Source of the DNA: a virus
DNA length: 64,000 nucleotides
IMG/VR virus record: IMGVR_UViG_3300042008_000003
Location: 23,841-87,840 of that record
Direction: 5' to 3' (one strand)
A program made the position numbers and the translations under genes. The notes under the pieces are model-generated. The model had not been told where the DNA came from, made no database searches, and worked only from the letters and a program-made list of their open reading frames with translations. Positions 39,044 to 48,262 of the stretch are shown piece by piece; position 1 is the first letter of the stretch; each line of letters opens with the position of its first letter.

Positions 39044-39554
39044 GGTTTGCGTACTCGCCATGAAAATCCTCTCGTTTAGTCTTCAGAACTTCTTGAGCAG
39101 CCTCTACAGTCGAAAATAGCCCAAGATTGTGCATTACCTTGTCTACTTGGATTCTTGCTGCGTACTTACCAGTTGCTGGGTGGTAGGTTACACCCTTAAC
39201 TCCTGTTTGACTATTATAATTAATCTTAGCGTTCTGTGCATTTTTACCTTGAGCTAAGCGAAGATTTGATTTTGAATTATCAGATCTGTCGGTATTTATA
39301 TGATCAATTTCATCCTCTGGCAGCTCACCGTAGCAGAACAACCAAGCTAGACGGTGAGCTGCATATCGTTCACCATCAATTTGTATCCTATAATAACCGC
39401 TGCCCTTGTGTAGTTTATCAGCCCGTTGTCCAATCTTCACAGGAGAAAATTTACTTGATTTGTTTATCCAAGTAAACATCCCGGTGTATTCATCATAAGA
39501 TAACAAGTACTTTAACCTATCTTCGGTTATACCTCTGAGTTTAATTTTATCCAT
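39036..39554 (-). CDS. HNH-AP2 homing endonuclease
   Basis: AHRLAW...IDHINTDRSDNSKSNLR; TGVKGV...LGLF...FHGEYANHG. Confidence 0.9.
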   Translation of the reverse strand: MDKIKLRGITEDRLKYLLSYDEYTGMFTWINKSSKFSPVKIGQRADKLHKGSGYYRIQIDGERYAAHRLAWLFCYGELPEDEIDHINTDRSDNSKSNLRLAQGKNAQNAKINYNSQTGVKGVTYHPATGKYAARIQVDKVMHNLGLFSTVEAAQEVLKTKREDFHGEYANHG

Positions 39555-40612
39555 CAATAATCAATCCCCAATTTATCTAATGTTGTAAAAACATGATACA
39601 TCTCACCTTCCTCCCTTCGCAGATACAGAAGCTGGGCACTATCTTGCAAGAAGTCTAGGTAGTCCCACATCAGACACTGCCCTGTGTGACTAACCAACTC
39701 TTGTTTCTCAATACCATAATAGCTCTTATAAGCTTCAACAACTCGCTCAAACAAATCCTTAATTGTCTCACAACTTTCAAGGTACTTCAGAGCAGTAGCC
39801 TTACCAATTCCACGAGTTCCACCTAACTTATATTTCTCTTGAATCTCTTTTGTAAAGTTAGGAAGTCCAAGAATATTGTCCGTAGAGAGATCCCCACTTA
39901 GACATTGGCTTGCAAAACATTTAGCAGCTTCAAACGGTGTTGGAATAATTACTTCTGGAAACTGATCATCAAAGTTAAACTGAGGAGAAATTACTTGTTT
40001 GATATCTTTGTCCAAGAACCCAAGAACATATTTCCACTTGCCAGTTTTAAGAAAGTGTTTATAGTTTTCGTAACCTTTGATTGAACACCAATCGTCAACT
40101 TCCTCATCATCAACTACAACAACTTTGTTTCGATACTTCTTGATGATAGCTTCTTTAATCTCAAGGAACAATAATGGCTTGTCTTTTCGAGCGCCTTTAT
40201 AGGGTAGTTGTTGGGCTATTTCGTAGCGAAAGTTACCACTCCCACCAATGCCTAGCCTGTAGTCTTGAGCAAGGTTTAAGCCCTTAATTTTACCTACAAA
40301 TCGGTCAAATTGCTCTACTCCTGCGGCTACGTGATGCTCAATTTCAGGGACTAACTCAGCACACTCTTCTACTTCATAATCTTCTGGTTTATTTGGCTCA
40401 AGTCCTCTCTCAATACGTATAAGATTGTTCTTTGCAAGCTCACCACCTTCTTTCTTTTTATGGTGCCCCCAGAATGTAGTCTTGTTAGGGTAGCGTTTAG
40501 TTGCACCATCAGACTTACGGGTTACGATAATGTAATCTTGTTGCACAGACTTTGCAGCTTTAAAGACTGGAGTATCAGCATCCAGTAAGACTAGTTCGTA
40601 TTTATCACTCAC
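39554..40612 (-). CDS. 5'-3' exonuclease (T7 gp6/T5 D15-like)
   Basis: LLDAD, NFRY...YKGARK, EVDD, DKD, GD..DNI.G, GIGKATA. Confidence 0.88.
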   Translation of the reverse strand: MSDKYELVLLDADTPVFKAAKSVQQDYIIVTRKSDGATKRYPNKTTFWGHHKKKEGGELAKNNLIRIERGLEPNKPEDYEVEECAELVPEIEHHVAAGVEQFDRFVGKIKGLNLAQDYRLGIGGSGNFRYEIAQQLPYKGARKDKPLLFLEIKEAIIKKYRNKVVVVDDEEVDDWCSIKGYENYKHFLKTGKWKYVLGFLDKDIKQVISPQFNFDDQFPEVIIPTPFEAAKCFASQCLSGDLSTDNILGLPNFTKEIQEKYKLGGTRGIGKATALKYLESCETIKDLFERVVEAYKSYYGIEKQELVSHTGQCLMWDYLDFLQDSAQLLYLRREEGEMYHVFTTLDKLGIDY

Positions 40613-40663
40613 ATAAATCCCCTTTAAACAAAAGCCCCGTTACCGAGGCCATGTTATTAAATC

Positions 40664-40915
40664 TTATTTTGAATATAGATCTTGAATCTCTTGTAGCTTA
40701 CTAAATTCTTCAGCCTTAGCTTTCAAGTCATCTTCTCGCACTTTGGCCTTAGCTGCTTTCATAATATCTGCAACATCAGCTTTAGGGAAACCATCAGTAT
40801 TGTATTCTTTCTCGTAAGTGAACTCTGATTTCAATTCTTTCAGGTCTTCTTGTAGAACCAAGATTTCTTGTTCTAGTTGATATGCTCGGTCGTACAGGGC
40901 TTGTTTCTCTTTCAC
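40664..40915 (-). CDS. small DNA-binding protein (GapR/DUF2312- or T4 DsbA-like)
   Basis: LEQEILVLQEDLKEL..E......GF.K..V..I pattern. Confidence 0.5.
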   Translation of the reverse strand: MKEKQALYDRAYQLEQEILVLQEDLKELKSEFTYEKEYNTDGFPKADVADIMKAAKAKVREDDLKAKAEEFSKLQEIQDLYSK

Positions 40916-41100
40916 AGTGTTTCTCCTTTAAGTTTTGCAATACCAAAATTAATACCATCAATGTCAGATGAGCATGTACGAATCTGTGTTTTCAGGATTT
41001 CTGCTTGTTTCTCATACTCTTCAAGATCATACTTAAAACCTTCTAGACGCTTCTCTAACGTTTGCTTAGTCGTATTAAGATAAACTACACCAATGCTCAT
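40912..41100 (-). CDS. hypothetical coiled-coil protein
   Basis: AGGAG RBS; paralogous to 42728..42910. Confidence 0.6.
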   Translation of the reverse strand: MSIGVVYLNTTKQTLEKRLEGFKYDLEEYEKQAEILKTQIRTCSSDIDGINFGIAKLKGETL

Positions 41101-41477
41101 GATTTCTCCTTATCGTAGTCGTTGAATTGCTGAACTAAGCACGCTAATCAAATCAGCTTGTTCATTTGCAATAGCTGCATTAAATGCAGCATACAGATTC
41201 TTGAGTGTTTGTGCTTCTGTTTCTGTGTTCAAGGTTACTTCAGGCATTTTGAATCCTCTAATTAATGTATAGTTTTAGATTCTTGAGCAACAATCCACTC
41301 AAGATACATTTGATGCGTTTCTTCATCAAGTTCAATACGACCATCTGAAATTAATCCTCGGTCTTGTGCCTGTTGCAGCCAAGGAACTAGAACACCATCA
41401 TCTGTTACAACTTTCATAAATCTCTCCTTAAATAAGTGGCACAATCCCTGTGCCTTGTATGTTACTAAGTGCTTGAT

Positions 41478-42200
41478 TTAGAAAGGAATATCGTCATCAA
41501 AGCTGTCAAAGTCTTTTGCTGGCTGTGGAGCAGCCTTTGCTTTTGGTTTAGCTGCTGGAGTAGGAGCTTGTGGTTCCTCTTCTTTTTCAGCAGGTTTGGC
41601 CACAGACTTCTTCAGTTTATAGCTGCCGAGAATATCGTCCTCGACACTATCAGACGAACCCTTTCCTTCAAACGGAACATGTTCAACAATTTGCATGGTG
41701 TCCAGAGTAACAGTAAGTTGACCATCCTGATTCTTATAACCAAACAACTTCAGGTTAACAACAGAGCCATTACCCACGTTCTCAGTGAATGCATTACCTT
41801 CTGTATCAATCACGTTAACGTTCATTGGCAGACCCTTCTTGCTAAACTCAGGTTTGGCAATGTTGAAGCCCCACAAACCACCTACCAGATCATAATTAGC
41901 TTTGCCTTCTTCCACTTGTGAAGATAAGGCGTATTTGATTTTCCGTGGTGGCTTACTAGTCTTGGTGATACCTACTTGTGAAAATGATTTGTTAACCATC
42001 ACTTCATCCAACAAGCGATCCTTGGCCTCTTCATCCACAAAGACTGTAGCACTGAACTCTTTGTCCACGCTTTGATATTTAAGCTTTGGCTCATGCACCG
42101 CTGCATAGAAGACTACAGCATTTTTGATATAGACGTTAGCTGTCTCTAGGGTGCCAGACTTCGGCAAGTCACGAACGATCACTTCAGTTTTATTAGTCAT
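41478..42200 (-). CDS. single-stranded DNA-binding protein
   Basis: T7 gp2.5-like (VGNGSVVNL); acidic tail FDDDIPF. Confidence 0.8.
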   Translation of the reverse strand: MTNKTEVIVRDLPKSGTLETANVYIKNAVVFYAAVHEPKLKYQSVDKEFSATVFVDEEAKDRLLDEVMVNKSFSQVGITKTSKPPRKIKYALSSQVEEGKANYDLVGGLWGFNIAKPEFSKKGLPMNVNVIDTEGNAFTENVGNGSVVNLKLFGYKNQDGQLTVTLDTMQIVEHVPFEGKGSSDSVEDDILGSYKLKKSVAKPAEKEEEPQAPTPAAKPKAKAAPQPAKDFDSFDDDIPF

Positions 42201-42291
42201 TTATTTCTCTCTATTTTGGTGTGTATTTTATATGTTCACAATATTGTGAGATGTTCCCTTACTGTTGCAACATCCTATCGCTAGGAATTCT

Positions 42292-42549
42292 TTAATGTTT
42301 CGTTGGTTCTGTTTTCTTACTCTTCCCAACAGAAATATCTACAATCTCTGCCTGAGTTTCTTCCCGTTGAAGAACATCTTCGACATCTCCAAGTCCACCA
42401 AAGATATCCATCAGAGAATCTTTCAGTTGTTTACTTTGATGATCTTTCCAAGCTATGAAATCAGAATACTCCTCAAAGACATATTCTACAGTGCCGATAG
42501 AGCATTCACCAACCTTCTCTACAGTATCACGAATAGTTACTGAGCCCAT
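42292..42549 (-). CDS. hypothetical protein
   Basis: ORF in operon. Confidence 0.55.
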   Translation of the reverse strand: MGSVTIRDTVEKVGECSIGTVEYVFEEYSDFIAWKDHQSKQLKDSLMDIFGGLGDVEDVLQREETQAEIVDISVGKSKKTEPTKH

Positions 42550-42727
42550 GATTCATCGAACCTGCTTTTCAGACAGCAGTACAAACTCTTGCTGATAAAT
42601 CTTAGCAGCGGTTTTACCAAGTTCTTGCTTTACAGTTTTAAGATATGTACGAGCATCTTTACGAGTTGATGCATTAGCATACACGTTTTGTTCATCTGCT
42701 ACTACGTATTGGATTAATGTGTTCATT

Positions 42728-42910
42728 TTATTCTCCTTTCAGTTTAGAAATAGCTTCTTCAAGCTCTTTTGCTGCCTTCTCTGCTAAGGCAAGATCCCGA
42801 ACAGTGATATTCAAATCATTGCCATAATCCTCAATGTCAAACTTAAACCTTTCAATCTTTTTCACTGTTGAAACCAAGACCTCTTCCAGCTTCTTGATAG
42901 CATAACTCAT
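42728..42910 (-). CDS. hypothetical coiled-coil protein
   Basis: GGAGAGG RBS; paralogous to 40912..41100. Confidence 0.6.
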   Translation of the reverse strand: MSYAIKKLEEVLVSTVKKIERFKFDIEDYGNDLNITVRDLALAEKAAKELEEAISKLKGE

Positions 42911-42986
42911 CTTCCCTCTCCTTCATTCAGCTTGATATTTAATTTACACGTATATTATCGCATGATAATGGTGTTGTGTAAAGCTT

Positions 42987-43613
42987 TTATACATAATTTT
43001 CGTATCTATCGATCAAAGCTCTAGCAACTCTCTCATCTGTTTGCTCAGCGGCTAGAATATACGCTTGTTTTAATTTGAAGTCAAGCCAAACCTTGTGAGC
43101 TTCTTCTGGTGTTTCATAAGCTCCTAAATTTGTATTCTTACCTGTCTCTACTGATTTACACTGCGCACGGTAAAATTCTCCTTTTTTATCATAGCTCACC
43201 CCAATAGGATAATCACCCCTACGTTTATCATGTTCTACAATAAAACTGTTAACTCTAGATTCAACAAATAAACACGTATCAGGAGAATATACCTTATTTC
43301 CAGGAATAAGTAAATCTTTATCAAGCTGCTTATTTTTCCAATCTTGTGCCATCATCCAAGTTTTAAAGACACTCAGTCTCAACCAAGATTCACACACCAG
43401 ACATCCGATGTAGGTTGGGTAAACTTGTTCCGAATAACAGCGACTAAGCATATCTTGCCACTTTCTATAAAATGGACAGATCCAAATTAATTTCTGATAT
43501 CTCTTACCATTTACCTTTGGACCTTCTTCGTAAAGTTTAACATTATAATCTACATCATTGATACCCACTCCAAATAGTTTTGGTTTATTCTTCTGTGTGC
43601 GTAACGCGTTCAC
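42987..43613 (-). CDS. HNH-type homing endonuclease with AP2-like C-terminus
   Basis: FGVGIND...W..ML.RCY...LDKDLL..GNKVYSPDTC...PIGVS; overlaps the polymerase 3' end. Confidence 0.85.
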   Translation of the reverse strand: MNALRTQKNKPKLFGVGINDVDYNVKLYEEGPKVNGKRYQKLIWICPFYRKWQDMLSRCYSEQVYPTYIGCLVCESWLRLSVFKTWMMAQDWKNKQLDKDLLIPGNKVYSPDTCLFVESRVNSFIVEHDKRRGDYPIGVSYDKKGEFYRAQCKSVETGKNTNLGAYETPEEAHKVWLDFKLKQAYILAAEQTDERVARALIDRYENYV

Positions 43614-45801
43614 AGTTCCTCCCTTGTTTATCTGTTACGTCCTCAGACACCGCTTCAATTAGCTTAGCTGCCTGATCAATGTAATATTTATAGTCAACTC
43701 CCCAAGAGAAGTCATTAATGTTGTTGCATGTCTTTACATTCCACTCTGTATCAATACCCAACCTACGAACCTCACCGCCCTCAACCAATGCAGGCATGAG
43801 TTTAACCAGTTTACCACCGCCCTCTTTCGCTGGATAATAACGACAGATATTCTGCTGTGGAACATCCTCTTCATCTACAACCAGTACCAGATTACTACTA
43901 CGAGGTACTTTCGTGCGTAACATGAAGTCAAATTTATTCTCATGTAGGCGGATAAACTCCTCAAAGTCAATTCCATCAATCAAATGAGCCTTTACAGCCA
44001 TCGGAACTACCATCGCTGAATGGTTCTTGTGCCATCCAAGTTTGTCAAAATCCATAAACTCATAAGCGCCCTTAAGCTTCACCTTACCAGACTCTGTTAC
44101 AGAAATATAGTTATTCACATCACGAATAAACATCTGGCTGTATGTATCACCTTCCATTTCAAGCTTTGTAACTTCTTCCCACCACTTTACCCATTTATCA
44201 GCTTCTTCAAATTGATCAACATCAATAATGTATTCAAAACCATCAGTATTACACATGATAATACGAGCATTACAATGATCAATTAGCTTTTCCATAAGCA
44301 TGCAGAGAGAGAGTTGACCACCAATAGTAATTGCCATTGTGTACGCTGGATCAAGCAAAGGACTGAACTCGTTGTTGCTATCACCATAAACACCGTTAAG
44401 TGCCAATTTCAATGCTGCGTTAGCTGCTGACCCTTTTGGTGTTGACTTACGTTGCTTATACAAATCAGAGTAAACCTTACAAAAAGTCTTACCTAAATGT
44501 TCTGGATAAGTCTGATTTGAAATAGCCATATTTGGGTAATAGCTTGCAACGTCAAGCGTCCTAATCTTACGTTTATCAGTGCTGCGAATTTGACCTTGTG
44601 TGGCTCCATGAATACCACCAACGCCGTAGTCATAACGAAAGCCATTAATCACCACGTTCAAAGTCTCAGCAACATTCCAGCACCAATAATAGCTTTTGGC
44701 TCCCTTTGGTGATTTAAGTTTCTTCTCTTCAATCCAACCCATTGGTTGTTCTTTCTTCAACTCTGTAATTTGTTCTTCTTTAGGGAAGAATGTTTTACTA
44801 CGCGTTCCTTTGTAATCATCAAATCCGTACTTGGTGCAGTCGGCAAGATTACCGAGTTTCTTTTTCTTCACAACCATCTCAGCGTACTTGGCAACATCTC
44901 CAATCTGGTGTTCCATCAAATCACTAAACACACCTTTGGTCTCAGTGATTACTTGAGTTTGAAACCATTTGTGTACTGCTTGAAACTCTGGTCGATCAAA
45001 TTGAATATAAGGAAACAAGCAATCCTTAATTACAATTTTGTCACGTTTAGTTTGTCGAACTTCTTTCCCAAACTCAGTTTTCCTATAGCAGCTACCGGGA
45101 GCTTCTTTCTCCAAGGTACGGATAAACAATTCCTTACCAATTTTGGTATCATTAAAGTTAGTGCAATCAAATCCAAATTGTGTAGTCAGGTCTGCACGAA
45201 GTTTTAGGTTTTCATACGAATACCAATAGAACTTTAGTGTCTCACTAACGTCATGTTTGTTATATTTGATTAATATATCTTTTTCAGCATCAGTTAACAC
45301 TGTTCCAACAGGAAAAGGTAAATCCTCGATGTTCGTGGACCGCATATTGTATTCAAGCATCTTAAGAGATGTAGAGCGTGCTTTGTTATCGAAATGGTGA
45401 ACCTTGAACAAATCAACCTGTTGAATAACCACGTCTTTCTCTTTGATTGCTGAACCAAACTTATTTTCTTTGCTTGAGTTAATAAGCTTCATTGCAACAT
45501 CATAAAGCTCTTTTGCTGTTACTTTGAGCTTCTTATCAGTGCCATGAACCTTGCGAGCTTTCTGCAAGATGTGATGAATTACTGGATAGTCAAAGTTGTT
45601 ATTGTTAAATCCTACAAAACGATGACCAGCAGATTTTACCTTGCGAAAGAATTCAAGCAGTTCTTCTACTTCATTTTTACGATCACTAATTTCAAACGCC
45701 CGCATTCCTTTACCGTTAGAGTAAACGGTAGCGAAAGTGAATGTGTTCGGGAATGTTTCAATATCAAAAATCCAATCCCCCTCAAAGAATTTCTTTTCCA
45801 A
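43585..45801 (-). CDS. DNA polymerase (family B-type)
   Basis: Exo DIET / FN..FD / YN.HD; polymerase DVASYYPN, KLALNGVYG, NTDG. Confidence 0.92.
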   Translation of the reverse strand: MEKKFFEGDWIFDIETFPNTFTFATVYSNGKGMRAFEISDRKNEVEELLEFFRKVKSAGHRFVGFNNNNFDYPVIHHILQKARKVHGTDKKLKVTAKELYDVAMKLINSSKENKFGSAIKEKDVVIQQVDLFKVHHFDNKARSTSLKMLEYNMRSTNIEDLPFPVGTVLTDAEKDILIKYNKHDVSETLKFYWYSYENLKLRADLTTQFGFDCTNFNDTKIGKELFIRTLEKEAPGSCYRKTEFGKEVRQTKRDKIVIKDCLFPYIQFDRPEFQAVHKWFQTQVITETKGVFSDLMEHQIGDVAKYAEMVVKKKKLGNLADCTKYGFDDYKGTRSKTFFPKEEQITELKKEQPMGWIEEKKLKSPKGAKSYYWCWNVAETLNVVINGFRYDYGVGGIHGATQGQIRSTDKRKIRTLDVASYYPNMAISNQTYPEHLGKTFCKVYSDLYKQRKSTPKGSAANAALKLALNGVYGDSNNEFSPLLDPAYTMAITIGGQLSLCMLMEKLIDHCNARIIMCNTDGFEYIIDVDQFEEADKWVKWWEEVTKLEMEGDTYSQMFIRDVNNYISVTESGKVKLKGAYEFMDFDKLGWHKNHSAMVVPMAVKAHLIDGIDFEEFIRLHENKFDFMLRTKVPRSSNLVLVVDEEDVPQQNICRYYPAKEGGGKLVKLMPALVEGGEVRRLGIDTEWNVKTCNNINDFSWGVDYKYYIDQAAKLIEAVSEDVTDKQGRNCERVTHTEE

Positions 45802-45846
45802 AGCAAAATCTCCTAAATTGAATGGAGGATTTTACTCCTCCTTATT

Positions 45847-47595
45847 TCAAAAGTCAACCATATGTGCAGGAACTTCCAATGATTCTACAGAAGGTGGCTC
45901 CAAGAACTCTTCAATGTAAGGATCAGATGTTGCAAACAAGTGAGTTGTGTTGTGATCGTAACGCAACCATCCAGCTTCACCAGTATTACCAGTACGGCGA
46001 CACTTAACCAACTGTAGCTTAGTAGCTGATTTTTTAATTGGGCATTCGTTCATCTTATCACGGCTCAACAGAATAGTGTTGAATGCAATTTGGTTCAAGC
46101 TTGAGGAACCCATGAGTGAATATTCCGTCACTGCGTGCGGATTCTCTTCAGAAGGCTTGCGCATGTGGCTTACTGCCACTACACAAGTATCTGTTTCCTT
46201 TGCAAACTTGAGCAAAGTATCCATGAACTCAATGATTGCACCATTATCACTACTATTAACACCAGCCTGAACAGGGTCAATAATAATCACATCGCAATTC
46301 TCAGCTTTGGCAAGATAGTTGAGTTTATCAAAAATCTCAGATGTTGAGATGCTGCCTTGGTGATCCACATACACAAACTGATCTTTATTTGCAAGGTTCT
46401 CAAAGAATCGACTCTTAAGCGCATCAATATCTACATTGTCACGATTTACTGTACGCAGGTTCGTGCCAGCATCAAGTGATAAAAGATCACGAACTACTTC
46501 ACGTTTTGTACCTTCTAGGTACATTGCGCCTACTTTGAAAGGCGTATTTTCAATCAGTGAGTAAACAACGTTGTTGATAATTGAAGACTTACCAATAGAT
46601 GTCAAAGCACCAATGATAGTAATTTCACCCTTCTCCATACCACCATTCATCATCTCATTAAGATGCGACCAAGAAGACGGAAAAGGAATCTTTACGTTGT
46701 TGTCCTCACTCTCAAAGTCATCCCACATCTGACTAAGGTGTAACACGTCTACACGACTAAACGGTGTGGCTTTCCAGAAGAGTTGTTTTAGTTCTCCTGA
46801 ACGACCAGCTTTAACCATATCCGATGCATCTTTAACGCCTTGTGGGAATTTTACAATAAAGCCTTTACCCGGACTCAAAAGACGCGCTGCTTCCTCAACA
46901 TATTTTTGAGCAGAATCATCATTATCAAAAGCTAGAACAACTTTATCAAAAGAGTTGATATATTCAAAGTTAGCCTTAAACTGCTTGATGATACTTCCGT
47001 CACCACACGTTACACTGACAACCGGCGTCCAATATTCTGTGCTTTCTTTCTTAGAGTAAAGAGCTTGTGCGAAAGCTAGGGCGTCTTCTTCGCCAGTTGT
47101 CACCACAAGGTATTTCTGACCAGCTTCAAATACTGACTGGCCAAACAGTTCATTTACTGCTTTAGTGCTACCAATACCAACAAAGTCCTTTGGATTCAAA
47201 CGTTTCTTAAACCCTACAACTTTACCGTCAGATGTTGATGGATAGTATCGAGCAACTACATCGAAATTGTTTTCTACTTCTGTATGGACACCATACTTTG
47301 TACTTACTGGTTGACCAATACCACGTTCTTTCCAACCGCGAAATGGAATTGATTGAATACTTGAAAAGTCTACTACTTCGGACACTTTATTCCTCCCCTC
47401 TTTAATTTTAATACCAACTTCTTCCAACTGTGAATGGTTGAAATAGTTAGTGCAAACGAAGCAGAAAGCATCATTTACCTTCTTACCGTCAATTTCTTTT
47501 TCATAGACAGCCATCCCATCAGAGGATGAACAGTCATCTCCAATACAGGCGGCGTGATAAAGAAGCTCTCCATCTGGTCGCTCTTGCTTACTCAA
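45847..47595 (-). CDS. primase-helicase (T7 gp4-like)
   Basis: N-terminal Zn finger; TOPRIM GEEDAL/FDND; Walker A GALTSIGKS; IIIDP; VSHMRK; KCRRTG. Confidence 0.93.
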   Translation of the reverse strand: MSKQERPDGELLYHAACIGDDCSSSDGMAVYEKEIDGKKVNDAFCFVCTNYFNHSQLEEVGIKIKEGRNKVSEVVDFSSIQSIPFRGWKERGIGQPVSTKYGVHTEVENNFDVVARYYPSTSDGKVVGFKKRLNPKDFVGIGSTKAVNELFGQSVFEAGQKYLVVTTGEEDALAFAQALYSKKESTEYWTPVVSVTCGDGSIIKQFKANFEYINSFDKVVLAFDNDDSAQKYVEEAARLLSPGKGFIVKFPQGVKDASDMVKAGRSGELKQLFWKATPFSRVDVLHLSQMWDDFESEDNNVKIPFPSSWSHLNEMMNGGMEKGEITIIGALTSIGKSSIINNVVYSLIENTPFKVGAMYLEGTKREVVRDLLSLDAGTNLRTVNRDNVDIDALKSRFFENLANKDQFVYVDHQGSISTSEIFDKLNYLAKAENCDVIIIDPVQAGVNSSDNGAIIEFMDTLLKFAKETDTCVVAVSHMRKPSEENPHAVTEYSLMGSSSLNQIAFNTILLSRDKMNECPIKKSATKLQLVKCRRTGNTGEAGWLRYDHNTTHLFATSDPYIEEFLEPPSVESLEVPAHMVDF

Positions 47596-47630
47596 ATCAT
47601 CTCTCCCATAATCTCTAATCCCACCTTAAT

Positions 47631-47879
47631 TCAAATGCTTTCAAGAATAGCTAATGCTTCCTTAACACTCTCACGAACATTCTCAAGAGTGTCTTCAGCA
47701 TCTTGACCTTCCTCAACAGCCTTATCCAATTCCTCTTGACTACACATCCCCTCCATAATCTTGCTAACAAACTCAGTCAAATCCATATTCCCACAAAACA
47801 GAATACCAGAATTAGAGAGACTTAGCAACTCATCTTTGGAATAGATGTTGAGGTTAATTTGTGAGATGTCAATCATCAC
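47631..47879 (-). CDS. hypothetical protein
   Basis: ORF in operon. Confidence 0.55.
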   Translation of the reverse strand: MMIDISQINLNIYSKDELLSLSNSGILFCGNMDLTEFVSKIMEGMCSQEELDKAVEEGQDAEDTLENVRESVKEALAILESI

Positions 47880-48081
47880 AGCCTTCCAATAAAATTAAAG
47901 GTTGTAGAATGTAGATACTCTGTTCATTGAATTTCTTTTCAGAAAATTCATCATCCTTATAAAGCCACTTACTCCAATTCCAAAAGCTTGACTTTGCACC
48001 TGCTTCTGATTCATACAAACCTCCCCAACGGGAGCCATCTCGTGAATCAATAATACACCAACCTTCAATTCGATGTGTCAT
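47869..48081 (-). CDS. hypothetical protein
   Basis: GAGG RBS. Confidence 0.55.
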   Translation of the reverse strand: MTHRIEGWCIIDSRDGSRWGGLYESEAGAKSSFWNWSKWLYKDDEFSEKKFNEQSIYILQPLILLEGCDD

Positions 48082-48262
48082 GAGCTATCCTCTTAAATAC
48101 TACAAGGTTTATTTAGCAATTGTTCATCGCAACGTTTTAACCTAACCTGTTCTTCCATACTTTCATCAAGCTCTCGTTGACGGATTCTAGCTTGCTCTAA
48201 TCTCTCTAAACCCTCTTCATTCAATTCCTCTATTTTTGCAAGCTCAATTAGTTTAGATAACG

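Noticed and set aside
43585-45801. Intein or intron in DNA polymerase (Lys-rich insert), terminase or RNR
   Set aside because: Frames are continuous, sizes are ordinary, and there are no intein C...HN/C or LAGLIDADG motifs.
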